The position numbers were made by a program, and so were the translations under genes. Below, piece by piece: positions 27,601 to 39,000 of a DNA stretch of 64,000 bases. Below the pieces are notes generated by a model. That model saw only the letters and a program-made list of their open reading frames with translations. It searched no databases and had not been told where the DNA came from. The DNA comes from Azolla caroliniana (lineage: Eukaryota > Plantae > Polypodiophyta), in contig JBHGNT010000002.1 of assembly GCA_043228905.1 (NCBI GenBank), positions 12,400,001-12,464,000 on the forward strand. The letters are read 5' to 3'. Each line of letters begins with the position of its first letter. Within the stretch, counting starts at the first letter, position 1.

Positions 27601-28428
27601 GATGGTGCAGGGGCTGTTATAAAGCGGGCACTTACCCATGAACAACTAAAGATAGATGGTGTGCACATGAATTGTGCATCACATGTAGTTGAATTTTTAA
27701 GAACAAATATGTCGACGAGTGCCATAGGTGTGTATTCCTCGCAAGTTCGAGATATCAAACGTGAATTTTGGGAAGTGAAGATAGATGAAGTAAATAGGGA
27801 TAAGACCTGGGAGTGCCAAGGAATTCCCGAATTGCGATCTCTGCATGCTGTTCGCGGTTATTCCAGGTTGGATGGTCATTGTATTGCGGTGAGAGAATTG
27901 ACTTGTTTTTGCTTCCATTGTGTGCAGGGAAATTGGAGATATTGTCTAAACAAAGCATACATTCAGAATTGGGAGTATCACACTCTGAATGATAAGGAAG
28001 CAGTTGATGGAGAAACAGGGCAGAATGCTGACTTCACATATGAGGGACTTGGAGATACTTTGAGTGATGTCCTGAACGTTGGGGATAACTTCGCTGTAAA
28101 TGCTGAAGAAGGCAATTCAGAGGGTGCTGATTTCTATATATTAAAGTGCACGGTTAGTAAACAGTGTGCAAGGCAGAATATTGTAGATGCATGGGGAAAT
28201 TTTGTATCTGCCGGGACATTCTACATCGAAGGCATTTTTTATGCAAAACTAGATGACTACGAATATGTGTACAGGCTGTTAGAAGACAAACCAGCAGCGT
28301 ATATGTACTCTCATTTGGTCAGATGCATCAACGTCCCAATGTCAGAATACAATAGCTGCTCCGGTTTATACACTGTTGGTGCTAATGTGTATGAATGTAT
28401 TTACAATAGTATGCCATGGAATTTGTAG
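24668..28428 (+). CDS. Sola2-like DDD transposase, 2 exons (24668-25404, 26587-28428), about 859 aa; needs one extra A in the A8 run at ~24768-24775
   Basis: Phase-0 intron CAG|GTATTT...ACGCAG|GTC joins HLLDVPQ to VDLFIRFKRMHP. HTH-like ELSKVIGVSRKTV in exon 1. Cys clusters (CCCIYH, CTCGCQIC, CQDC). Catalytic-type motifs VDFAENY, QSMHW, WSDGAASQFK, GHGKGEHDGAG; C-terminal CFCFHC. Confidence 0.85.
25465..26570. repeat. Palindromic TAGCTAATTAGCTA satellite (mostly 20-bp units) filling the transposase intron 25405-26586
   Basis: Dozens of units such as atagctaattagctaccatg / atagctaattagctactaga, bounded by the GT and AG splice sites. Confidence 0.97.
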
Positions 28429-28864
28429 CTACAAGTAGCACTTACCATGTTCTCTTGTAAAACAAACATGTATTTCGCGAAAACAGATCAATAAATTCGT
28501 TTGGAATCAATTTCTTGTATACAGTCTGCTTTCTGTGCTTCTTTCTCAATAAAATCATGTCTTTTTTGTTAAGTTTTAAGTTATAAGTTATAGCGAAATA
28601 GTCATCAGTAGCTAATTAGCTGTACAAATGTATTTACAATAGTATGCCATGGAATTTGTAGCTACAAGTAGCACTTACCATGTTCTCTTGTAAAACAAAC
28701 ATGTATTTCGCGAAAACAGATCAATAAATTCGTTTGGAATCAATTTCTTGTATACAGTCTGCTTTCTGTGCTTCTTTCTCAATAAAATCATGTCTTTTTT
28801 GTTAAGTTTTAAGTTATAAGTTATAGCGAAATAGTCATCAGTAGCTAATTAGCTGTACAAATGT
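28394..28864. repeat. 233-bp tandem duplication covering the transposase stop codon and 3' UTR
   Basis: aatgtatttacaatagtatgccatgg starts at 28394 and 28627; the two copies look identical. Confidence 0.92.
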
Positions 28865-29008
28865 AGCTAATTAGCTGTCAATAGCTAAATAGTCATCAAT
28901 AGAATGAAATCAACAATCTGCAACATATTCCTCAAATTACATAGTAGATAAGTACAGTGGGAACAAGTAATTAAATTCTTCATTGAATAATGTCATCTCT
29001 TTACATAT

Positions 29009-30063
29009 TTATAAATTACCATTGGAAATGTCTACAAATCTCCTATAAACAGCTAAGCTCTTGCTAGTCAGTGGAACGAGTCTACATATATTATCCGCAT
29101 ATTGAGCTCGGTATGGAGTCCACAACCATGCACCTAGTTGGCAGCTCACTGTTTGCACCAGGTACTGTTCAGGCATTTCCTCGGGTAGAATGAGACAGCA
29201 TCTCCGAATATTGAAGTAGTGTCGGAAATGTTCTGTATCCAAAATCAATGTATTGTCAGCATTATATTCAGGCCAAGTAGCCCAAAAATCAGAAAGCCTC
29301 TTGAATCTTGCAGCTTCCATCTGCTCACAATTTTCTCATGCCCATTGACCTTTAAAACGACTTCGCCATTTTGGGAAGAATCTTGCCAAACACTTCCACA
29401 CATCTGATTTTGGTTTCTCACTCCAAATAAACAAATCGAAGTACTCCGCAGCCCACTCTAGAAACTGATTTGCGTCCCTCCTTGGCTGCATATATCTCAC
29501 ACTCATCAAGACTTTATCCAGCTCCAAGATCAAGGCTCTTCGCTCGACTTCTAGTGGTTTAGGTTTCCATTCCTGAAACTGAGCCGCTGTTACACCATTT
29601 TCTGGTAGGATACGATCAATCTCAATCAGCTCAGGTTCGGCTGACACAACTGGTGTCCTTTTCCTCTTTAAACCCCTAGTCGACTGTGTTGGGCCTAGCT
29701 TCACATTCTGGTGCTCTTGTTTTGTCGACTTAGTTATCAATCCTTGGATTACCTCAGTGCATGTAGCTACTGTTCTGCTCGATATCAATCCACTGGTATC
29801 ACATGCTGCATCTACCTGCAACACCAAGTCATCCGTGCTACATGCTGCATCTACCTGCAACACCAAGTCATCCGTGCTACATGCTGCATCTACCTGCAAC
29901 ACCAAGTCATCCGTGCTACATGCTTGATCAACTTGTGTGACCAGATCACTTGTGTCAGTTGCTACATCTACTTTCAAGATGGGGCCCTTTAAACATGCCG
30001 CAACATCAACAGTATCCACACTGCCATTGGCCTTACGAGCAATAGAATCAAACCCTTTAGACT
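29009..30063 (-). pseudogene. Cargo exon with 13-aa repeats and an FCP1/SCP (NIF, HAD-fold) phosphatase-like domain; catalytic motif degenerate; one in-frame TGA
   Basis: ORFs 29336-30142 and 29009-29320 share a frame, split by one TGA (GQWA*ENC, likely CGA>TGA). ALILELDKVL...RRDANQFL...FDLFIWS...FKRLS...NTLILDT parallels the NIF pattern LVLDLDETL...RP..FL...F...W...KDLS...NTLIIDD. Acceptor gttgcag| at 30064. Confidence 0.65.
29795..29925. repeat. 39-bp coding tandem repeat (DAACSTDDLVLQV, 3 copies plus degenerate flanks)
   Basis: catgctgcatctacctgcaacaccaagtcatccgtgcta repeated in frame. Confidence 0.9.
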
Positions 30064-30312
30064 CTGCAACATCAGAAAACACCAACATATTCACACTCAC
30101 AAAGTAACTACTAGTCTCACAAAACAATATCCTGAACATCAAAGAGTTTCAGTCATAGAACAACACTCTTCAAATTATCTTGGAAAAACATCATAGAGTT
30201 CCATTACATAATGTGGATCAAGCAACAACCAATCTGAGGTTTTACTTGTCCAACAGGATAGTAAAACTTCATAAAACCCTAGCAAAATCCCTAAGCTAAC
30301 AATCATATCCAA

Positions 30313-33300
30313 CTAAACAGTATTTCGCTCCACTACGTCTGGGCCCCTTGACCGAGTAACTGGTCTTGTTCCCGATCGTGGCCCCTTCTTCAGCCTTTTT
30401 CTGGTTGGTTCCCCATTTAGCCTTGCTTCTAGGACCCAATGCGCAAGTGTGTCCTCCTCCGACAACCTTCCCATCGCCTCAGCAGCTAATTGCACATCAG
30501 CCGTTTCTTGAACTAGCTTTTCAAGTACAGAGGGATCTGTTTGGACATTTTCAGTAGTTGGGCTCGGTGGGGTGGAATCAAGGTCTTGAGACTCGAAGAA
30601 ATGTTGCATCAAGTGTTCATAAACACTGTTGTTGTGAACCTCAGTTTTACATGTTGTTTCCACTATTTCATGGCATTTCACATCGTTGCCTAATTCAGTA
30701 CACTGTTCCAAAAGAATAGGGTGCAGCTGATCTGAAGGAGATGTGATAGCAGGACTCTTACTTTCAGCCACATTGGCAGTAGTATCCTCATCTGTTGCAG
30801 CATCATCAGCACCAGACACATCATGTGCCGTCCTTAATCCACAAGATTCTACAATAACATGACAGTTATTTAGGATAGCTAATTAGCTACTTTACTAAAC
30901 TATGGTAGAAGCTAGGATAGCTAATTAGCTAGTACGATAGCTAATTAGCTAGTATGATAGCTAATTAGGTACTTTACTCAACTATGGTAGTAGGTAGGAT
31001 AGCTAATTAGGTACTTTACTCAACTATGGTAGTAGTTAGGATAGCTTATTAGCTACTAGGACAGCTAATTAGCTGCCAGTAGCTAATTAGCTACTAGGAT
31101 AGCTAATTAGCTGCCAGTAGCTAATTAGCTACTAGGATAGCTTATTAGCTACTTTACACAACTATGGCAGTAGCTACTAGGATAGCTAATTCGCTAGTAG
31201 GATAGCTAATTAGTTTCCAGCAGCTAATTAGCTACTAGGATAGCTAATTAGTTGCCAGTAGCTAATTAGCTAGTAGGATAGCTAATTAGGTACTTTACTC
31301 AACTATGGTAGTAGCTAATTAGCTAGTAGGATAGCTAATTAGCTACTTTACTCAACTATGGTAGTAGCTAATTAGCTACTAGGATAGCTAATTAGCTGCT
31401 AGTAGCTAATTAGCTACTAGGATAGCTTATTAGCTACTTTACACAACTATGGCAGTAGCTAATTAGTTACTAGGATAGCTAATTAGTTACTAGGATAGCT
31501 AATTAGCTACTATGGTAGCTAATTAGCTACTTTACTCAACTATGGTAGTAGCTAGGATAGCTAATTAGCTACTTTACTAACTATGGTAGTAGCTAGGATA
31601 GCTAATTAGCTACTTTATTAACTATGGTGGTAGCTAGGATAGCTAATTAGCTACAATGAAAGCTAATTAGCTACTTTCTCAACTATGTAGTAGCTAGGAT
31701 AGCTTATTAGCTACTAGGACAGCTAATTAGCTGCCAGTAGCTAATTAGCTGCCAGTAGCTAATTAGCTACTAGGATAGCTAATTAGCTACTTTACACAAC
31801 TATGTCAGTAGCTAATTAGCTACTATGATAGCTAATTAGCTAGTAGGATAGCTAATTAGCTAGTAGGATAGCTAATTAGTTGCCAGTAGCTAATTAGCTA
31901 GTAGGATAGCTAATTAGCTTTTTTACACAACTATGGTACTAGCTAATTAGCTAGTACCATAGCTAACTAGCTACTAGGATAGCTTATTAGCTACTTTACA
32001 CAACTATGTCAGTAGCTAATTAGCTACTATGATAGCTAATTAGCTAGTAGGATAGCTAATTAGCTAGTAGGATAGCTAATTAGTTGCCAGTAGCTAATTA
32101 GCTAGTAGGATAGCTAATTAGCTATTTTACACAACTATGGTACTAGCTAATTAGCTAGTACCATAGCTAACTAGCTACTAGGATAGCTTATTAGCTACTT
32201 TACACAACTATGTCAGTAGCTAATTAGCTACTATGATAGCTAATTAGCTAGTAGGATAGCTAATTAGCTAGTAGGATAGCTAATTAGCTTTTTTATACAA
32301 CTATGGTACTAGCTAATTAGCTAGTACCATAGCTAACTAGCTACTAGGATAGCTTATTAGCTACTTTACACAACTATGGCAGTAGCTAATTAGTTACTAG
32401 GATAGCTAATTAGTTGCCAGTGGCTAATTTAGCTAGTAGGATAGCTATTTAGCTATTTTACACAACTATGGTACTAGCTAATTAGCTAGTACCATAGCTA
32501 ATTAGCTACTAGGACAGCTAATTAGCTAGTAGCTCATTAGCTGCCAGTAGCTAATTAGCTAGTAGGATAGCTAATTAGAAAAGACTAAGCTTATTAGCTA
32601 CAGTATGGTATACCTGTTTGTTTTCTCCACTCATTTGGTAGAGTTGTACTGCAATCTCCCAAACAGAATGCAGCAATTCGACAGGCATGTTGAAAACAAA
32701 GCAGATGGTATGTGTGGTTGCATGGTTGTAGGTGAACCAACAAAGACGCAGTTTTGTCCTCCACACCTAACCCGCAAGCGATGCAACGTGCTTGAACTGT
32801 CAATAAATCATTTTCTGGTTCTACTTCATTTGGTAAGGGAGCAAGAATGTTCAGGTCCAAATCCTGTCTGGTCCTTACCATTTCCTCCACAAAATGTAGC
32901 TTCTTCTTAAGGCAGCTAACTACCTGTTCTTGATGAATGTATTGTTCCTTCAACGCAACAGAGAAATTTACCGATTAATTATTCTTGTTGTTGAAAGATA
33001 CACCAACTTTGCTCAGGAATCGTTAACTTACTTGAAGCTTATCCAAATTGTAATCTGCAACAGTATTTACACCTAGAAGGTCCAGGTTCATTGAAAGAAC
33101 CTGGATCTCTATTTGCAGTTCTATTTTACGCTGGGGATCCAGTGGCCCCTCTAATTCAAGCTCCTGTTGCGCAACCTATTCCAGATAATGCTTGATTAGC
33201 ACATTTTACCCGTTATTTATAACACAATCACATACCAGCAAAACAATAGTTACCTGAATCTTATTTCTAATTGTTGTAACAGCAGAAGTAACTTTGCTCT

Positions 33301-34468
33301 CCATTGCAGAAGCCATTGTGGCTTTCTCTAAATCAGTCTTAAAAAATGCCAATGTCTCACAGGCTTCATGGACATTTTTTAGCATATAGCTAACCAATGT
33401 CTCACCTGTATCATCGACATTGGCTTTCCTTGGGTGTCGGTGTGGTGTATGCCCCCGGTCTTGCTGGGAGTCGGCAGTTGCATCAACAGCTGCCATGCTC
33501 CAAAATCTGTCTATTTTTTGTGCCAAGGTCCCCATCTTTCGGCATCTTTTTACTGATGCCTCACCATAGACTGCCCAAGCTACCCTATACATTTCAGGGT
33601 CTCTAGATTCCTTCGCTGTTTTGCAGTACTCATATGCAAATGCTCTAGCAAATGAAACTGACAACTCATTGTTGACTGGGATCTCCTGATGAACTTTCTG
33701 GTGCAGTCTCATGCAGTCATCGTACAAGTCGGCTCGTACATGCTTCAGCTTGACCTTGCCTTTGACTCTAGGCACTGTATATACTGTCATCCAGTCTATA
33801 TCACTGATCAATTTATCACTTAGGACAGCAGGGTCAACACCCTCGAGTGACAGACCATAGGTGTTGTGGAAGTCCTCCTTTGTCTCGCAAAATTTTGCGA
33901 AGTTTAGCACTCTCGTATACGGAGGAACGAGCCATCTGAAATATCATTTCAGAAATCAGAAATAGTGCAAAATCAGAATATGTGAGAATCAAAAACCCCA
34001 ATCAACAACAACAAAAATGGTGCAAAATCTTTAACTTAACCTAATCAAAATCTGTAATCAGAAGTTTGAAATCAGAAACCCTAATCAAAATCTGTAATCA
34101 GAAGTTTGTAACCAGAAACCTTATTCAGAAATTCTAATCAGAAATTTATAATCAAAAACCCTAATCAGAAATTTCAATCAGAAACCCTAATAAAAAATTT
34201 CAATCACAAACCCTAATCAGAAATCCTAAGCAGAAATTTATAAACAAAAACCCTATTCAGAAATTCTAATTTGTAATCAAAATTTGTAACCAGAAACCCT
34301 ATTCAAAAATTCTAATAAGAAATTTATAATCAAAAACCCTAATCAGAAATTTCAATCACAAACCCTAATCAGAAATTTCAATCACAAACCCTAATCACTA
34401 AAGACAGGATTAAACACAAAAAAAGTAATATAAACACACCTGTTGCTACTCCCCGATTTGCGAGACAT
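30313..34468 (-). CDS. Transposon cargo gene, 5 exons (34468-34440, 33935-33254, 33175-33032, 32947-32614, 30848-30313), 574 aa: unknown N-domain, coiled coil, RING-H2-like finger, acidic low-complexity tail with basic NLS-like end
   Basis: All four introns are GT-AG with matching phases (2,0,0,1) and give one open frame MSRKSGSSNRWLVPPYTRVLNF... The RING-like motif is CIAC-x-PCNHTYHLLC-x-CLGDC; the C-terminus has TRKRLKKGPR. Confidence 0.75.
30865..32580. repeat. Second palindromic TAGCTAATTAGCTA satellite filling cargo-gene intron 4 (30849-32613)
   Basis: Units ggatagctaattagctacta, agctaattagctgccagt, ctactttacacaactatggtagt in higher-order blocks, bounded by donor CAG|GTATAC (32613) and acceptor TAG| (30849) on the minus strand. 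Confidence 0.97.
33950..34400. repeat. Telo-box-like (AAACCCTAAT) degenerate tandem repeat filling cargo-gene intron 1 (33936-34439)
   Basis: Recurrent aatcagaaaccctaatcagaaattt units. Confidence 0.88.
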
Positions 34469-37400
34469 CCTTGTATGGGACTCCAAGGACTTCGCCCTAT
34501 TCGATTTTGGGGAAATATGAATCGGCACCAAAGTTCAGACAGTAGTCAAAATGAAAAAACAAATGTTTGGGGTTTCTGTAACTGAAACATACCTGGACGA
34601 TGATCGAGCGGGTTCTGTGTTGTAGCTCTCAATCTGCAATGTCGATTTTTTGCTGTTGCGGGAGCTACGTCTGCGTTCATGCTCTGAGTACTCCATCTGC
34701 GTTCAAAATCAGACTTAGGCTAAACAGGAAATTGATGACATTGAAGTCGACCTTAGATGATGGTGATATTCCCCAAGTTCCACTACGTCTGAAACAGAAG
34801 TTCAAATATTTGAGTTTTTTCATAAATTAGTTTTTCAAATATTTGATTTTCCCACAAGAAAGACTAGCTAAACAAATAGCTAATTAGCTATGGCCATTTT
34901 AGTAGCTAATTAGCTATAATAGTGTTTCCACTCGCATGCTTTTACCCTAAACACTTATAACTCTTTTGCTCAAGTGAGTAATCCACAAAGATCATCTTCT
35001 CTGATTTTAGGTCAAGCTTTCTCCGCTTCTCATCGGGTACATGCACAAATGCAATGTTACCAAAAACCTTGAAGTGCGAAAGGTCTAGCTTTTTCCCAAA
35101 ATAGTTCTTGTGAGGGGTGATGTCATGGACACCCTCGTTCGTGCACCTATTGATGAGATACACATCCGTAACTGATGCCTCTGCCCAATAGATCTTGGGC
35201 ATGTTCTTCTCCTGCAACATGGCGCGGGCCATCTCAAGAATTGTGCGATTCTTCTGCTCAACAACACCATTTTGCTATGGTGTGTACCGGCAAGAGAATT
35301 CCCCGCGAATCCCCTTCTCTTCTAGAAAGGCCTTGAACTTGGTTGAGAAGTATTCTCGGATACCATCAGACCGTAAGCATTGAATCTTGCGATTCGTCTC
35401 ATTTTCCACGCGATTCTTTAACTTTTCGACTTCATCTTGCATATCCAAGTATGCTGCAAATATTCACCGATGGTAACGAAGTACCTACACCCACCGATTG
35501 TCTCTATTTGAGTTGGGCCCCATACATCTGAGTGGATGGTGTCCAACAAGCCTTTACTCACATTTCTTTCGCTTAGGAATGGATGCCTATGTTGCTTTCC
35601 TAGTTGGCATGCCTTACATACATTATCAAGATGTTTCGAAGTAAATCATGGCAATCCATGCACAACCCCTTTTGTTTGCATTAGTCAGAGTTTACCAAGG
35701 TTTACATGGCCAACCTGCCACAACTCAATATTGGACTCAGCCTTGAGTCCCTTTGCATACATTGTTATGTTCACCTTAGTCGCATCAAGAATAAACATGT
35801 GATGTTCTCTTCTTGCATGAGCGATAAGTTGGCCCTTATCCTTGATGAAGCAACCTTCATGGTGAATCGTATTTGCATTCCTTGCTCGACAATTTGGCCA
35901 ACCGAGACCAAATTCTTTGAGATTGTCGGGACATGTTGTACATCCTTCATGTAGCCCTTGTTGTCATGATTGTTAAGGGCCACATCTCCAATGTGCTAAA
36001 TTATGTGTGTGGAGTCATCACCGGTCTCCACCACGCCAGGTCTCTCGGGTTCCCTCAAATTCATGAACCATTCTTGATGACTTCTCATGTGATTTGAGGC
36101 ACCTGAGTCCACGAACCAGACATCATCAGGTTGGGAAACACTTGTTATCATGTTATTGGCCCGATGTCGCATAACAAACATCGGTCCTTTGTTTTCTAGG
36201 TCAGCCATCACAACATAGTTTGTTTGTTGTCGGGGTGAGGCAACTGAGTCATTCTTCTTCTTCCAACACTCGGCTTCAAAGTGGCCAGGCTTTCCACAAT
36301 ACCAGCACTCAATTTGCTGGTTCTGCCTAGTTGATGTAGGCTAGTGGAAGCTCCCCTTTTTGATGGAATTCCTTCAGTTGTTTCGACCTTCTTGCTGCCC
36401 GAAATTAATCTGTTGTGGACCTCGTCCACCTATTCCTCGACCATTCCTCCTGTGATTTCCACGACCATGACCATGACCTCAACTGAGATCATCATGTGTA
36501 TATAGTATCTACCCATCAGATGCCATGCTTTTCGACCATGTATGGTTCTCCTCAACCATTAGCATGGATTGCAAGTTGTTATGGATGTCCGAAATGAGCC
36601 ATATTTTTGTGCGAGGCTAGCAAGGCAGATATGCACCATCTCATCATCATCAACTGCCACATTCATGGAGCCAAGTGAATCGCATAAGTCTTTGATCCGA
36701 AGGGTATAGTTTGTCATACACATATTCCCCTACCGAATATTGTTCAACATCTACCAGAGTTGAAGTTTTCTTGTTGTGGTTGAAGCCACTTCCACGCTTC
36801 TATAGGGGCTTTCACATCTCGAATATAGCTTAACATGTGATCTTGTGCACATGTTGCCAAACAATACATTACCTTTATAATATCAGGGCGGTTCCTTGAG
36901 CTCCCTCGATATAATAACTCCAATACCCTTGCCCAACTAAGTATTGTTGCATCTTATATTCCCAAGATGCGTAGTTGTGCCTGTCCAACTTCTCAGTTGG
37001 AAGTGCGCTACCCATTTGTGCATTCATCTTTCTGAATTGGCTTGATTCATATGCTCCTGTTAATGTGAGCCTCTTGTTGTGCAACACTACACCGTCGATA
37101 GCCAGTTTGAAACAACGTTTCTAGCTACGCACATAGTTTCAATGGTAGAGCTAAGTGAAGGATCTCTAACCCTCACACTCTTATATCATGTAAAGAATCT
37201 AACTCTAGTAGAGTTCAGTATTCAGCAGTGTATTGTGTGTGTGATAGAGTGGGTGTATAAGCAAGAGAATAAATTAGAGAGAATAACCAGAAAAGAATAA
37301 GAAAATGTATAGTAGGGGGATGACAACTTATGCACTGAAGAGAGCTATGTTAATTCACTAAAGATCATCAACAAAACAGAATGGGCAAAGGGGGTTATAC

Positions 37401-37691
37401 AAGTCCTCAAGAGACTACCATATAAAATGTGTTGGTGGAAGTTAACCAAGATATCCACTTGAGTACGATTTTGTCATAAGAATATCTAATATTCTTTGAC
37501 CACATTAACAGTTGACATTAATATTCTTTGACCACATCGTCATTTTCTTCATAAGCACATGTTCACATGAGTTGCGTTTGATTCTAGACAACCTTTCTGT
37601 TTCTACTGATTCTCATGGCCAATATATGCTCTGCATTTCCCAAATCTTTCATAGAGAAGACCGATTTCAGTTGATCTTTTAGAGCATCAAG

Positions 37692-38277
37692 ACTGGTCTT
37701 TCTTTTCCCAGCTAGCAACATATCATCCACGTATAGAACAAGTATGATGGGACTACATCGACATCCTTTTTCGTGTATAAACAATGATATGCATCTACGA
37801 TCAAAACCTTGAGAAAGCATAAAAGTATCAAAATTCTTATACCATTATCATGGTGCCTGTTTTAGGCCATTCAGGCTACGTTTTAGTTTGCATACCAAAT
37901 GCTCCTTGTTAAGGACTACAAAACCCTCATGTTGTTTCATGTAGATCTCTTCATCAATATCACCATGCAAAAAACCTGTCTTTACTGGTCTTTCTTTTCC
38001 CAGCTAGCAACATATCATCCACGTATAGAACAAGTATGATGGGACTACATCGACATCCTTTTTCGTGTATAAACAATGATCTGCATAGCTACGATCAAAA
38101 CCTTGAGAAAGCATAAAAGTATCAAAATTCTTATACCATTATCATGGTGCCTGTTTTAGGCCATTCAGGCTACGTTTTAGTTTGCATACCAAATGCTCCT
38201 TGTTAAGGACTACAAAACCCTCATGTTGTTTCATGTAGATCTCTTCATCAATATAACCATGCAAAAAACCCGTCTTT
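37692..38277. repeat. About 290-bp tandem duplication within copia RT
   Basis: actggtctttcttttcccagctagc at ~37692 and ~37984 with matching downstream sequence. Confidence 0.9.
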
Positions 38278-38661
38278 ACATCCATTTGGTACAACTCTAG
38301 ATTAAGCATTGTAGTGAGAGCAAATGGCACATGAAGTGTGGTCATCTTCACAATAGGAGAGAAGACCTCTTGGAAGTCAAAACCTTCGTTCTGCGCATAA
38401 ACCCTTGGCAACTAATCTTGCCTTGTATTTTGGTTTCCCTTCAATTTTCTTTACTTTATAAACAAATTTATTCAAAAGAGCTTTCCTTCCTTCAGGTAAG
38501 GACACAAGATCCCAAGTATCATTTGCATACAAAGATTTTATTTCTTCTTGCATTGCAAGCTCCAACTTATTGCTAAGTTCACATGACATTGCCTCCTTAT
38601 AAGTAAGACGTTCACTCTCATCTAACAACATGACATAATGCAAAGAGGGGTCATATCTATA

Positions 38662-38948
38662 TGTAGGAAATAACGCGGAATATTTCTCGGCCACAACCGA
38701 GTCTTAAATCACTTCGATAAGAGTCAGACATAGTAATGGGGTTGGAGATTAGTACACGTACACACATGAACAATAGAGGGTACACAGGATGTTTACGTGG
38801 AAAACCCTAATAGGGAAAAACCATGGGAGCCCACAGACTCCAAACTATCACTATATAGGAAAGGTACAATCAGAGACTCTGAGGCAATGACCTCGAGCTC
38901 TGTATCTTCACCAAGAGACGGTTACAATAGGGTATCGCTCTGTATCAC

Positions 38949-39000
<52 letters not shown>

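Larger units (their letters stand above)
23233..34947 (+). mobile_element. Complete TIR DNA transposon, Sola2-like, 11,715 bp
   Basis: TIRs gggtgaaagcatgcgagtggaaaca (23233-23257) and tgtttccactcgcatgcttttaccc (34923-34947), 24/25 match. TAAA on both sides (23229-23232, 34948-34951). Flanks are the two halves of a copia integrase. Internal DDD transposase. GRG termini and 4-bp TSD fit Sola2 as I recall it. Confidence 0.88.
13621..37590 (-). mobile_element. Decayed copia 'Y' with both LTRs, hosting the chromovirus and the Sola2-like transposon; own sequence is 13621-16179, 23192-23232 and 34948-37590
   Basis: Homologous, visibly diverged LTRs at 13621-13983 (outer end clipped) and 37189-37590 (TG...CA). 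Degenerate Met-PBS at 37178-37188. Gag MNAQMGSALPTEKLD, protease WFVDSGASNHM, and integrase YKC(F)NP..SRISREVVFDE continuous across both insertions, then RT and RNase H remnants. Confidence 0.85.

Noticed and set aside
23233-34947. Classification as CACTA, Mutator, hAT or Harbinger
   Set aside because: Termini are GGG/CCC with an apparent 4-bp TSD, and the transposase motifs do not match those superfamilies as I know them.
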